Positions 42,258 to 50,931 of a stretch of 64,000 nucleotides of DNA are shown here, in pieces. Source of the DNA: Bdellovibrionales bacterium. Lineage in GTDB: Bacteria; Bdellovibrionota; Bdellovibrionia; Bdellovibrionales; UBA1609. The notes beneath the pieces are model-generated. The model searched no databases. It saw nothing but the letters and a program-made list of their open reading frames with translations, and had not been told where the DNA came from. The stretch spans positions 67,614 through 131,613 of the forward strand of contig CBDBIB010000002.1 in the NCBI GenBank assembly GCA_965205945.1. Reading direction: 5' to 3'. The stretch's first letter is position 1. Every line of letters begins with the position of its first letter. Made by a program: the position numbers and the translations under genes.

Positions 42258-45200
42258 TTAATAATCAGGGCTACAACGTGTAAAATTAGGTTTTTCAGCA
42301 AGAGTCCAAGAAGTTAAAGTTTGGTATGAAAAACTTCCACACTCGACAACGTTAGAAACATTCCATGAACTGATGTCTTGATCAAAAGAATCTGCATTAG
42401 AAAACATAGACCTCATATCAGTAACCTTAGAAGTGTCCCAGTTAGAGGTGTCAGGGTTAGCTAAATCTGCACTTAAAAACATAGACCTCATATCAGTAAC
42501 CTTAGAAGTGTCCCAGTTAGAGGTGTCAGGGTTAGCTAAAGCTGCACTATTAAACATAGAGCCCATATTAGTAACCTTAGAAGTGTCCCAGTTAGAGGTG
42601 TCAGGGTTAGCTAAAGCTGCACTATTAAACATAGAGCCCATATTAGTAACCTTAGAAGTGTCCCAGTTAGAGGTGTCAGGGTTAGCTAAATCTGCACTAA
42701 AAAACATCCGGCTCATACTAGTAACCTTAGAAGTGTCCCAGTTAGAGGTGTCAGGGTTAGCTAAATCTGCACTAAAAAACATCCGGCTCATATTAGTAAC
42801 ATGTCTAGTTGAGCCACCATTAACAAGAGTTAAGTTATCTGCTTTATAAAACATATGACTAAAACTTTCCCACCCTGTGTCTCCTAATTCTGTAACCTCA
42901 ATTATTTGCTCGCTATCACGAAAGTTAAGATATGGGCAGCGCCCAGTGATTTTAACTATATAAGTCCCTGAAGATGAATAAGTATGATTTTTATCTAAAT
43001 CACTTGATGAAGTAACAACTCCCGAGGTTCCATCCCCCCAATGAACCATAAAGTTATATGTATAAGAAGAACTTAAACTAAGATTTAAATTTAAATCACT
43101 ACCATAAATACTAAATTTAGCTGTAAAAGGGGTTCCTAAATTTTGTATTTCAGTGCTTAAACTAACTACATCAGACAGGTTTCCGGCTGCATCTTGTGCA
43201 ACACCAGAGGCGATTGTAATTTGAATATTTCCGGTTTCATCACTGCAGTCTGAAATCCTAATACTTGGATTAATAGTTGTTCCATTTGTTACTAAAACTG
43301 TGCAACCTGTAGTAGCTCCAGTAAGGCTGACATTGCTCTTTTCTAGGTTTATACTACTAAAGTCTTGGCTTACAGTTATGGGAAAGTCTATAGAATTTGA
43401 ACTGCTTATTATATGGCTTCCAATACTGACAATAGGGGGTTTAGTATCTTTTATTAGATTTAAAACACCTGAAGTTTTAGAATTTCCAGCAATGTTTGTG
43501 ATACTAGCAGTTAGTGAAAGTGGACCATCACTTAGGCTTGAAAAATCAATATCACCACTAAAGCTTTTATTAGAACAAGTAATAAAGCTTGTACCATGTG
43601 AAAATGTGATAAGCTCACCATCTTCAGAACATGTTCCTAAAACCCTAAAACCCCCCTCATTAATAGAATTAATGTAAGATCCACTTAAAGAGTTTGTAAT
43701 AGAAATTGTTGGATCATTGTTACTTAAAAAAGTTTTCCACACTACCCCATCGCAAAACTCCAGTTTTTTTCCTAAAGAATTATACCTTAAAGTACCCTCA
43801 GTTAAACTGTCACAAGGGGTTGTAACTGTTCCAACTTTTTTTAAAAATGTAACAGTAGATGTACTAATAGATCCTGGAGTAGAAATGCTTCCAGAGACAG
43901 AAACATCACCATTATTGTTAATAGTGATTCCTTCATCATCGCCGTCTCCACTTAAATAATTTTGGTTAAGATTTATATTTAATCGAGCCCTGCCATCTCC
44001 CATATTATCAGCACTGCTTGGTAAGTTTATAAGCCGACTTCCATCAACAGCAGGCAGTCTTAAAGAGCTATCAAGCTTAATAAGCTGATTGCTCCCTGTG
44101 CCAACATCTAATCTAGCTGTGCTAATGGTTCCTGAAGTGATCTTTTCTCCATTTAAATCTGGTATATCAGATTTTAATAAACTTAAACCCTCAACCACTC
44201 TTCCTTTAACATCAACTCTAACTTTTGGGTACGTCCCTTGGGTTACACCCGTTGGTATAAGACTAGGGTTCGGGTAGGTTCCTGTAAGATCCCCTTGAGC
44301 CTGGCTTCCTAAAAGACTTGTGTCTGTCACACATGACCATAAATAAATAGGACCTTCACTCATTTGAAGTTTTTCATTGCTTTCACAATTAGGCACTCCA
44401 CCAGCATCCATTGCGTTGCCTGCATTTTTTCCTAAAGAAGCTTTTAAATAACCGTTTAAAAAGTTTGAATGTGTTATTTTTTTAAGACCACTTTGAGAAA
44501 CATCATACATTAAAACACTGTCTAAAGAATCAGCCGTAGTTTTTTCTGTAGTTTTGTTAATGTCTACACTTAAACTTCTATTAGTTGATAAATCTCCACC
44601 TCCACTTAATCCACTGTTTAAAGCCGTTCTAATAGTTCTAGTTATTGGAGCTTTTCTAGATTCAAGTTCATTAAGTGCACCTTCTACATCTGTAGCCTGA
44701 ATGTTTCCAAATGGAGTGTAGGTCACCGTGTTTGCCGCCAGACTTGCTAAACTCCAACCTTCAGACACATCCTTACAATTTGCTCCTCTTTCATCACAAA
44801 TTTGTGTTATTCTTGCTGTTCCAGCAACGTCTAATAAAGCCTCAGGACTAGCCTTACCAACTCCAACCCTTCCATTAGCATCAATAATAATTCCCTCATT
44901 ATCACCGTCTCCACTTAAATAATTTTGGTTAAGATTTATATTTAATCGAGCTATACCATCTCCCATATTATCAGCACTGCTTGGTAAGTTTATAAGCTGA
45001 CTTCCATCAACAGCAGGCAGTCTTAAAGAGCTATCAAGCTTAACAAGCTGATTGCTCCCTGTGCCAACATCTAATCTAGCTGTGCTAATGGTTCCTGAAG
45101 TGATCTTTTCTCCATTTAAATCTGGTATATCAGATTTTAATAAACTTAAACCCTCAACCACTCTTCCTTTAACATCAACTCTAACTTTTGGGTACGTCCC

Positions 45201-48200
45201 TGGGGTTACACCCGTTGGTATAAGACTAGGGTTCGGGTAGGTTCCTGTAAGATCCCCTTGAGCCTGGCTTCCTAAAAGACTTGTGTCTTGATCAACTTCA
45301 CATGACCAGGAATAAATAGGGCCGTTACTCATTTGAAGTTTTTCATTAGTTTCACAACTAGGCACTCCACCAGCATCCATTGCGTTGCCTGCATTTTTTC
45401 CTAAAGAAGCTTTTAAATAACCGTTTAAAAAGTTTGAATGTGTTATTTTTTTAAGACCACTTTGAGAAACATCATACATTAAAACACTGTCTAAAGAATC
45501 AGCCGTAGTTTTTTCTGTAGTTTTGTTAATGTCTACACTTAAACTTCTATTAGTTGATAAATCTCCACCTCCACTTAATCCACTGTTTAAAGCCGTTGTA
45601 ATAGTTCTAGTTATTGGAGCTTTTCTAGATTCAAGTTCATTAAGTGCACCTTCTACATCTGTAGCCTGAATGTTTCCAAATGGAGTGTAGGTCACCGTGT
45701 TTGCCGCCAGACTTGCTAAACTCCAACCTTCAGACACATCCTTACAATTTGCTCCTCTTTCATCACAAATTTGTGTTATTCTTGCTGTTCCAGCAACGTC
45801 TAATAAAGCCTCAGGACTAGCCTTACCAACTCCAACCCTTCCATTAGCATCAATAATAATTCCCTCATTATCACCGTCTCCACTTAAATAATTTTGGTTA
45901 AGATTTATATTTAATCGAGCTATACCATCTCCCATATTATCAGCACTGCTTGGTAAGTTTATAAGCTGACTTCCATCAACAGCAGGCAGTCTTAAAGAGC
46001 TATCAAGCTTAACAAGCTGATTGCTCCCTGTGCCAACATCTAATCTAGCTGTGCTAATGGTTCCTGAAGTGATCTTTTCTCCATTTAAATCTGGTATATC
46101 AGATTTTAATAAACTTAAACCCTCAACCACTCTTCCTTTAACATCAACTCTAACTTTTGGGTACGTCCCTGGGGTTACACCCGTTGGTATAAGACTAGGG
46201 TTCGGGTAGGTTCCTGTAAGATCCCCTTGAGCCTGGCTTCCTAAAAGACTTGTGTTTTGATCAACTTCACATGACCAGGAATAAATAGGGCCATTACTCA
46301 TTTGAAGTTTTTCATTGCTTTCACAACTAGGCACTCCACCAGCATCCATTGCGTTGCCTCGACTTTTTCCTAAAGAGGCTTTTAAATAACCGTTTAAAAA
46401 GTTTGAATGTGTTATTTTTTTAAGACCACTTTGAGAAACATCATACATTAAAACACTGTCTAAAGAATCAGCCGTAGTTTTTTCTGTAGTTTTGTTAATG
46501 TCTACACTTAAACTTCTATCAGTTGATAAATCTCCGCCTCCACTTAATCCACTGTTTAAAGCCGTTCTAATAGTTCTAGTTATTGGAGCTTTTCTAGATT
46601 CAAGTTCATTAAGTGCACCTTCTACATCTGTAGCCTGAATGTTTCCAAATGGAGTGTAGGTCACCGTGTTTGCCGCCAGACTTGCTAAACTCCAACCTTC
46701 AGACACATCCTTACAATTTGCTCCTCTTTCATCACAAATTTGTGTTATTCTTGCTGTTCCAGCAACGTCTAATAAAGCCTCAGGACTAGCCTTACCAACT
46801 CCAACCCTTCCACTAGCATCAATAATAATTCCCTCATTATCACCGTCTCCACTTAAATAATTTTGGTTAAGATTTATATTTAATCGAGCTACGCTATCTC
46901 CCATATTATCAGCACTACTTGGTAAGTTTATAAGCCGACTTCCATCAACAGCAGGCAGTCTTAAAGAGCTATCAAGCTTAATAAGCTGATTGCTCCCTGT
47001 GCCAACATCTAATCTAGCTGTGCTAATGGTTCCTGAAGTGATCTTTTCTCCATTTAAATCTGGTATATCAGATTTTAATAAACTTAAACCCTCAACCACT
47101 CTTCCTTTAACATCAACTCTAACTTTTGGGTACGCCCCTTGGGTTACACCCGTTGGTATAAGACTAGGGTTTGGGTAGGTTCCTGTAAGATCCCCTTGAG
47201 CCTGGCTTCCTAAAAGACTTGTGTCTGTGTCTGTATCAATATCAGCCACGCAAGAATAGCTTATTATAGCACCAGGGTTTCGTTGAATCTTTTCCCCACT
47301 AGTACACACAGGAAGAGTGTCCACTTGCATGAGCTGTCCTAAACCACTTCCTATATCTGCTTCTAAACCCCTTGGCGTAATTTTTAAACCACTTCCTACT
47401 TTTACTTTTAATTTATTTATATTAAACTCTAAACCCCCAGAAGAATCTAAATCTAAATCTATGTTTCCACTGTTGTTGTATAAACCCCTACCAAGGTTGA
47501 TGCTTATTGTTGGGTTGCTACCACCTGAAGAGGTTAAAGGAGCATTGACTAAAACACTTGATGCACTACTTAAGGTGCTTAAAACTTCTAAGCTAACACC
47601 ATTCCAATACTTAAGCGCTCCAGAGTCACTATTGTACCAAGTAGCCCCAGCATTGCTCATGTTCATAGATCCTAAAAGACTAACTTCTTCTAAATTCGTA
47701 TAAGAACCTAAGGTCATGGTACTTCCTGGGTTTTGCATAATATGACTTGTGTTTAGAATCTGATTATTATTAAAGTTAAGGTCACCTAATAAAACCCCTC
47801 CTGTAAGAGGAAGTTTTGTATTGTCAGTTCCTGTGGGAACCACTGAGCTTGGTAGAATTCCACTTGTGATTTTATTTGCATGAATACCGCTTGCAAGATG
47901 ACTGTTTAAAACACCCCCTGGTGCAATTAAAATTGTGCCACTGTTTGTAATGGTTCCACCACTTAAGCCGCTTCCTGCTGTAATACTGGTTACAGTTCCA
48001 CTACCTTTACCAACAACAGTGGCTGCTGATCCATTGTAGTACATGATTTGATTATTTGTAGAGTTATACCAAATATCTCCTGCCTGAGAATTAGGTGGTG
48101 GATGAGAGCTTGAAAAACTAGGTAAAAAGCTAGCTCCACTGATGCTTAATGGGGAGTATTGATTAGAACTGCCATTAATTAAAGCCATAAGCTCCCTTTG

Positions 48201-48794
48201 ATTGGCATCATTATCAAACACGGTCTCTAAATTGCTTTGAGTAACACCACGACTTACTTGAATAAAATCATTAACAGCTTTTCCACCAAGTTTGCCGGCA
48301 TACTGAGCATAGGGCACACTGTGAATTATATGGTCATTTGTTAAAGTAAGAGGGCCGCTGCCATGATCAAAAGTTACTCTAAGCCTTCTTGTATCGTTTA
48401 AGGTTGGAGTGTATGAAGACCCAAAGGCACAACTAAGACTTTTATTGTTTAAAAAAGAATTGTCTAAAGCTTTAGATAAATTTGTTAAGCCTCCATTTCC
48501 TGTGTTTATTCCAGACCCAACGTTTAAGTTAAAAACTCCCTTTGATCCTATCATATTAAGATTAAAACTTTCTTCGTAAAGAAGACAATGATCCATGGAG
48601 GATAAAACTTGAACAAGAAAGCTGACATTATTTTCTTCTAAAGCGTCTCCATTGGGTTTTACAATTTGGCCTTGAAAAACAAAAGAACTTGGGGTGGCTA
48701 GAGAATGGGGAGTTAATAGTAAAATTGTGAAGAAAGTTAAAGCTTTCACACTTATTTCTATGAAATTTTTTAATAAGTCATATACTCTATACAT
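42258..48794 (-). CDS. giant secreted fibre/adhesin-like repeat protein (tail-fibre-like repeats, Ig-like and PKD-like domains, DUF285/BspA-type C-terminal repeats)
   Basis: 2178-aa ORF with a signal peptide. Contains 3.4 x 323-aa repeats with GVTxGTYPKVRVDVKGRVVEG (phage tail-fibre-repeat-like) and GRVGVGKASPEALLDVAG motifs, a PKD-like HWGDG...HTYSSSGTY motif, and NWDTSKVTxMxxMF repeats. Confidence 0.9.
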   Translation of the reverse strand: MYRVYDLLKNFIEISVKALTFFTILLLTPHSLATPSSFVFQGQIVKPNGDALEENNVSFLVQVLSSMDHCLLYEESFNLNMIGSKGVFNLNVGSGINTGNGGLTNLSKALDNSFLNNKSLSCAFGSSYTPTLNDTRRLRVTFDHGSGPLTLTNDHIIHSVPYAQYAGKLGGKAVNDFIQVSRGVTQSNLETVFDNDANQRELMALINGSSNQYSPLSISGASFLPSFSSSHPPPNSQAGDIWYNSTNNQIMYYNGSAATVVGKGSGTVTSITAGSGLSGGTITNSGTILIAPGGVLNSHLASGIHANKITSGILPSSVVPTGTDNTKLPLTGGVLLGDLNFNNNQILNTSHIMQNPGSTMTLGSYTNLEEVSLLGSMNMSNAGATWYNSDSGALKYWNGVSLEVLSTLSSASSVLVNAPLTSSGGSNPTISINLGRGLYNNSGNIDLDLDSSGGLEFNINKLKVKVGSGLKITPRGLEADIGSGLGQLMQVDTLPVCTSGEKIQRNPGAIISYSCVADIDTDTDTSLLGSQAQGDLTGTYPNPSLIPTGVTQGAYPKVRVDVKGRVVEGLSLLKSDIPDLNGEKITSGTISTARLDVGTGSNQLIKLDSSLRLPAVDGSRLINLPSSADNMGDSVARLNINLNQNYLSGDGDNEGIIIDASGRVGVGKASPEALLDVAGTARITQICDERGANCKDVSEGWSLASLAANTVTYTPFGNIQATDVEGALNELESRKAPITRTIRTALNSGLSGGGDLSTDRSLSVDINKTTEKTTADSLDSVLMYDVSQSGLKKITHSNFLNGYLKASLGKSRGNAMDAGGVPSCESNEKLQMSNGPIYSWSCEVDQNTSLLGSQAQGDLTGTYPNPSLIPTGVTPGTYPKVRVDVKGRVVEGLSLLKSDIPDLNGEKITSGTISTARLDVGTGSNQLVKLDSSLRLPAVDGSQLINLPSSADNMGDGIARLNINLNQNYLSGDGDNEGIIIDANGRVGVGKASPEALLDVAGTARITQICDERGANCKDVSEGWSLASLAANTVTYTPFGNIQATDVEGALNELESRKAPITRTITTALNSGLSGGGDLSTNRSLSVDINKTTEKTTADSLDSVLMYDVSQSGLKKITHSNFLNGYLKASLGKNAGNAMDAGGVPSCETNEKLQMSNGPIYSWSCEVDQDTSLLGSQAQGDLTGTYPNPSLIPTGVTPGTYPKVRVDVKGRVVEGLSLLKSDIPDLNGEKITSGTISTARLDVGTGSNQLVKLDSSLRLPAVDGSQLINLPSSADNMGDGIARLNINLNQNYLSGDGDNEGIIIDANGRVGVGKASPEALLDVAGTARITQICDERGANCKDVSEGWSLASLAANTVTYTPFGNIQATDVEGALNELESRKAPITRTIRTALNSGLSGGGDLSTNRSLSVDINKTTEKTTADSLDSVLMYDVSQSGLKKITHSNFLNGYLKASLGKNAGNAMDAGGVPNCESNEKLQMSEGPIYLWSCVTDTSLLGSQAQGDLTGTYPNPSLIPTGVTQGTYPKVRVDVKGRVVEGLSLLKSDIPDLNGEKITSGTISTARLDVGTGSNQLIKLDSSLRLPAVDGSRLINLPSSADNMGDGRARLNINLNQNYLSGDGDDEGITINNNGDVSVSGSISTPGSISTSTVTFLKKVGTVTTPCDSLTEGTLRYNSLGKKLEFCDGVVWKTFLSNNDPTISITNSLSGSYINSINEGGFRVLGTCSEDGELITFSHGTSFITCSNKSFSGDIDFSSLSDGPLSLTASITNIAGNSKTSGVLNLIKDTKPPIVSIGSHIISSSNSIDFPITVSQDFSSINLEKSNVSLTGATTGCTVLVTNGTTINPSIRISDCSDETGNIQITIASGVAQDAAGNLSDVVSLSTEIQNLGTPFTAKFSIYGSDLNLNLSLSSSYTYNFMVHWGDGTSGVVTSSSDLDKNHTYSSSGTYIVKITGRCPYLNFRDSEQIIEVTELGDTGWESFSHMFYKADNLTLVNGGSTRHVTNMSRMFFSADLANPDTSNWDTSKVTSMSRMFFSADLANPDTSNWDTSKVTNMGSMFNSAALANPDTSNWDTSKVTNMGSMFNSAALANPDTSNWDTSKVTDMRSMFLSADLANPDTSNWDTSKVTDMRSMFSNADSFDQDISSWNVSNVVECGSFSYQTLTSWTLAEKPNFTRCSPDY
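42421..42800 (-). repeat. 75-bp (25-aa) DUF285-type tandem repeats, 5 units
   Basis: Units start at 42421, 42496, 42571, 42646 and 42721. Each encodes MF.SA.LANPDTSNWDTSKVT.M. Confidence 0.9.
43925..47219 (-). repeat. 969-bp (323-aa) near-identical tandem repeat, ~3.4 copies
   Basis: The SLLGSQAQGDLTG codon block recurs, ending at 47219, 46250, 45281 and 44318 (spacings 969, 969 and 963 bp). The shadow ORFs on the + strand are identical. Confidence 0.95.
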
Positions 48795-48884
48795 ATTGTA
48801 TATTTCGGATGAAAAGCTTAATAATTAGAGGAAATTAAATAGTTTTTTAGCTCTAATTCTACATTTTTATTTTCATTTAAAATC

Positions 48885-48927
48885 TGTGCTTTTACAAAAT
48901 ATGCCGATAAGGAGGATTATGTTACTA
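48885..48927. repeat. left 43-bp inverted repeat (IR-L)
   Basis: TGTGCTTTTACAAAATATGCCGATAAGGAGGATTATGTTACTA. Its reverse complement recurs at 49384-49426 (41/43 matches; the inner 27 bp are perfect). Confidence 0.95.
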
Positions 48928-49383
48928 CGTCTATTTTAAAATTATATTTAAGTTTAAAAGTATTTAATTATAAAAGTTTAGACTTTATTTTTTTAAAATT
49001 ATTATTTTCAATAAAATTTTTATCATTAAAAATAAGGACTGCTTTAGAATTTACTTTAAAAATATTTAATATTTAGCGCTCTTTTTTTAAAGCTTAGATT
49101 TAAATATCTTTATTTATCATAGCTGTTATTTTAACCAACATCTAAGTTTAAAAGTTATTAAGATACAGCATATGTATTATATAAAATTAAATAAATATTT
49201 AAAGCGATATTCTTTAAGGTTTTTTTAATATTTATTTGTATAGAGATATTATTTAAACAAGAAAATCTTGTTAATTAAACGTAACTATTTTGCAACATTT
49301 TTATGTTACAAAGAAATTTACACTTAAGCACCATAGTTAAAATCAGCAGGTCAAATCAAAAATAATGTGGTTTTAAGCAGAAA

Positions 49384-49426
49384 TAGTAACATAATCCTCC
49401 TTATCGGCATGTTTTATAAAAGCACA
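49384..49426. repeat. right 43-bp inverted repeat (IR-R)
   Basis: TAGTAACATAATCCTCCTTATCGGCATGTTTTATAAAAGCACA is the reverse complement of IR-L with 2 mismatches. Confidence 0.95.
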
Positions 49427-49811
49427 CCATCCATATTAATAACTTTAAAAGTATTCCAACCAGAAATGTTAGGGGGGTTGCTAAAGCTGCATTACTCAAT
49501 TTAATATTAGAGCTTTTGCGGGCAAATGACACAGAGCGCATTAGGAGTGTGAAAATAGTAGGGCTTTTGCTTATTTACCTATTCTAGGCAGATTCAAACT
49601 AGATTTAAATCAAGGGTATATTGTTGCATCACATTCTAAACTTAGAAGAGAGGAGTTATTTAAGTTATTCCACTAATATAAGCGCCTTTATCTAAAGGAT
49701 AAAGTATTTTATGAGATAAAAACTCTAACATACTGGTATCTTTTGTGGTTCTTAAATCTTTTGATTATATGCATGGTAGAAAAGCTATTTGTTTAGTGGT
49801 TAAATTTTAAT

Positions 49812-50651
49812 ATGAAGTTATTAAAGAAGCATAAGTGTTTTAATGGTGTAACAGAGTTTTTTGAACACGATTCTATTTTTACAAAAATCAAAATGAAATT
49901 TGCAGTGATTAGGTCTGAAAATTTAAAAGATATTAAAGGAGGTCTTATTTGGCTATCAGGGCTAACTTGTACTGAGGAGAACTTTGTAATTAAAGCCGGA
50001 GCTCAAAGAGTAGCTACTCAACTGGGTTTAGTTATAATTTGTCCAGATACTTCGCCAAGAGGTTTAAGCCTTTTAGGAGAGCATGAATCTTGTTATTTTG
50101 GCTCTGGGGCAGGCTGTTATGTGGATTCTTTAACTCAAGATTATAAACACCATTACAATATGTATTCATATGTGAATGATGAAATCTATGGGATTGTAAA
50201 CAAAGAATATAAGCTTAATGGGAATATAAGTATCTTTGGCCATTCAATGGGTGGGCATGGTGCTTTAGTTATTGGTTTAAGAAATACTAATAAATATAAA
50301 TCCATCTCAGCTTTTGCTCCTATTGTAAATTTAACAAAAGTAAATTGGGGTAAAAAAGCTTTTAAAAAATATTTAGGATCTGATGAAAATTTATGGAATA
50401 AATATGATGCTTGTGAATTAATTAAGAGTGGTAAATTTCATAAAAATAAAATTTTAATTGATCAGGGTACGGATGATGAGTCTTTAAATAAGAGCTTAAT
50501 GATTCCTAATTTTGAAAAAGCATGTGAATCATCACCTCAAGAACTTAAAGTAAGGTATCATAAGGGGTTTGACCACTCATATTACTTTGTTTCTACGTTT
50601 ATAAAAGACCATTTAAGGTTTCACCAAAGAAGTTTATTAAAACAAGTTTAA
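49812..50651 (+). CDS. S-formylglutathione hydrolase / esterase D family
   Basis: LSGLTCTEENF, PDTSPRG and GHSMGGHGAL (nucleophile elbow) motifs. 279 aa. Confidence 0.85.
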   Translation: MKLLKKHKCFNGVTEFFEHDSIFTKIKMKFAVIRSENLKDIKGGLIWLSGLTCTEENFVIKAGAQRVATQLGLVIICPDTSPRGLSLLGEHESCYFGSGAGCYVDSLTQDYKHHYNMYSYVNDEIYGIVNKEYKLNGNISIFGHSMGGHGALVIGLRNTNKYKSISAFAPIVNLTKVNWGKKAFKKYLGSDENLWNKYDACELIKSGKFHKNKILIDQGTDDESLNKSLMIPNFEKACESSPQELKVRYHKGFDHSYYFVSTFIKDHLRFHQRSLLKQV

Positions 50652-50931
50652 AACCATAATAACAGCATAAGAATTTAGTCTTAAATTAGGTTTTTTTTAT
50701 GTTATTAAGTCTGGATAAATTAGAATTTAAAAACTTATTATTGTAAAAAGAATGATGAGTTTATGGTATTTTAAAAATGTATTGATAAGATATTTTAAAT
50801 AAAATTAGTTTAATCCATTTAAACTATTTACAAGAATTCTAATAATAATTTTATTCCTAAAGTGCTTAAGAACAACTAAATAGGCAGTTAAAACTGTTCT
50901 TTTAAAGTATAAAGAGTGGTAGATAGAAAAT

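Noticed and set aside
42111-42317. A 68-aa plus-strand ORF downstream of clpB.
   Set aside because: It overlaps the 3' end of the giant minus-strand gene and has low-complexity composition. It is probably non-coding.
42433-47703. A ladder of plus-strand ORFs inside the giant gene (138 aa at 42433; identical 62-aa and 64-aa ORFs recurring every 969 bp).
   Set aside because: These are antisense shadows of the minus-strand repeat array. Their periodicity simply mirrors the 969-bp and 75-bp coding repeats, and they have low-complexity composition and no SD.
49440-49560. The DUF285-like fragment considered as the template repeat of a diversity-generating retroelement targeting the giant gene's C-terminus.
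   Set aside because: There is no reverse transcriptase in the window. The differences from the gene copy are of all substitution types plus an indel, not adenine-specific.
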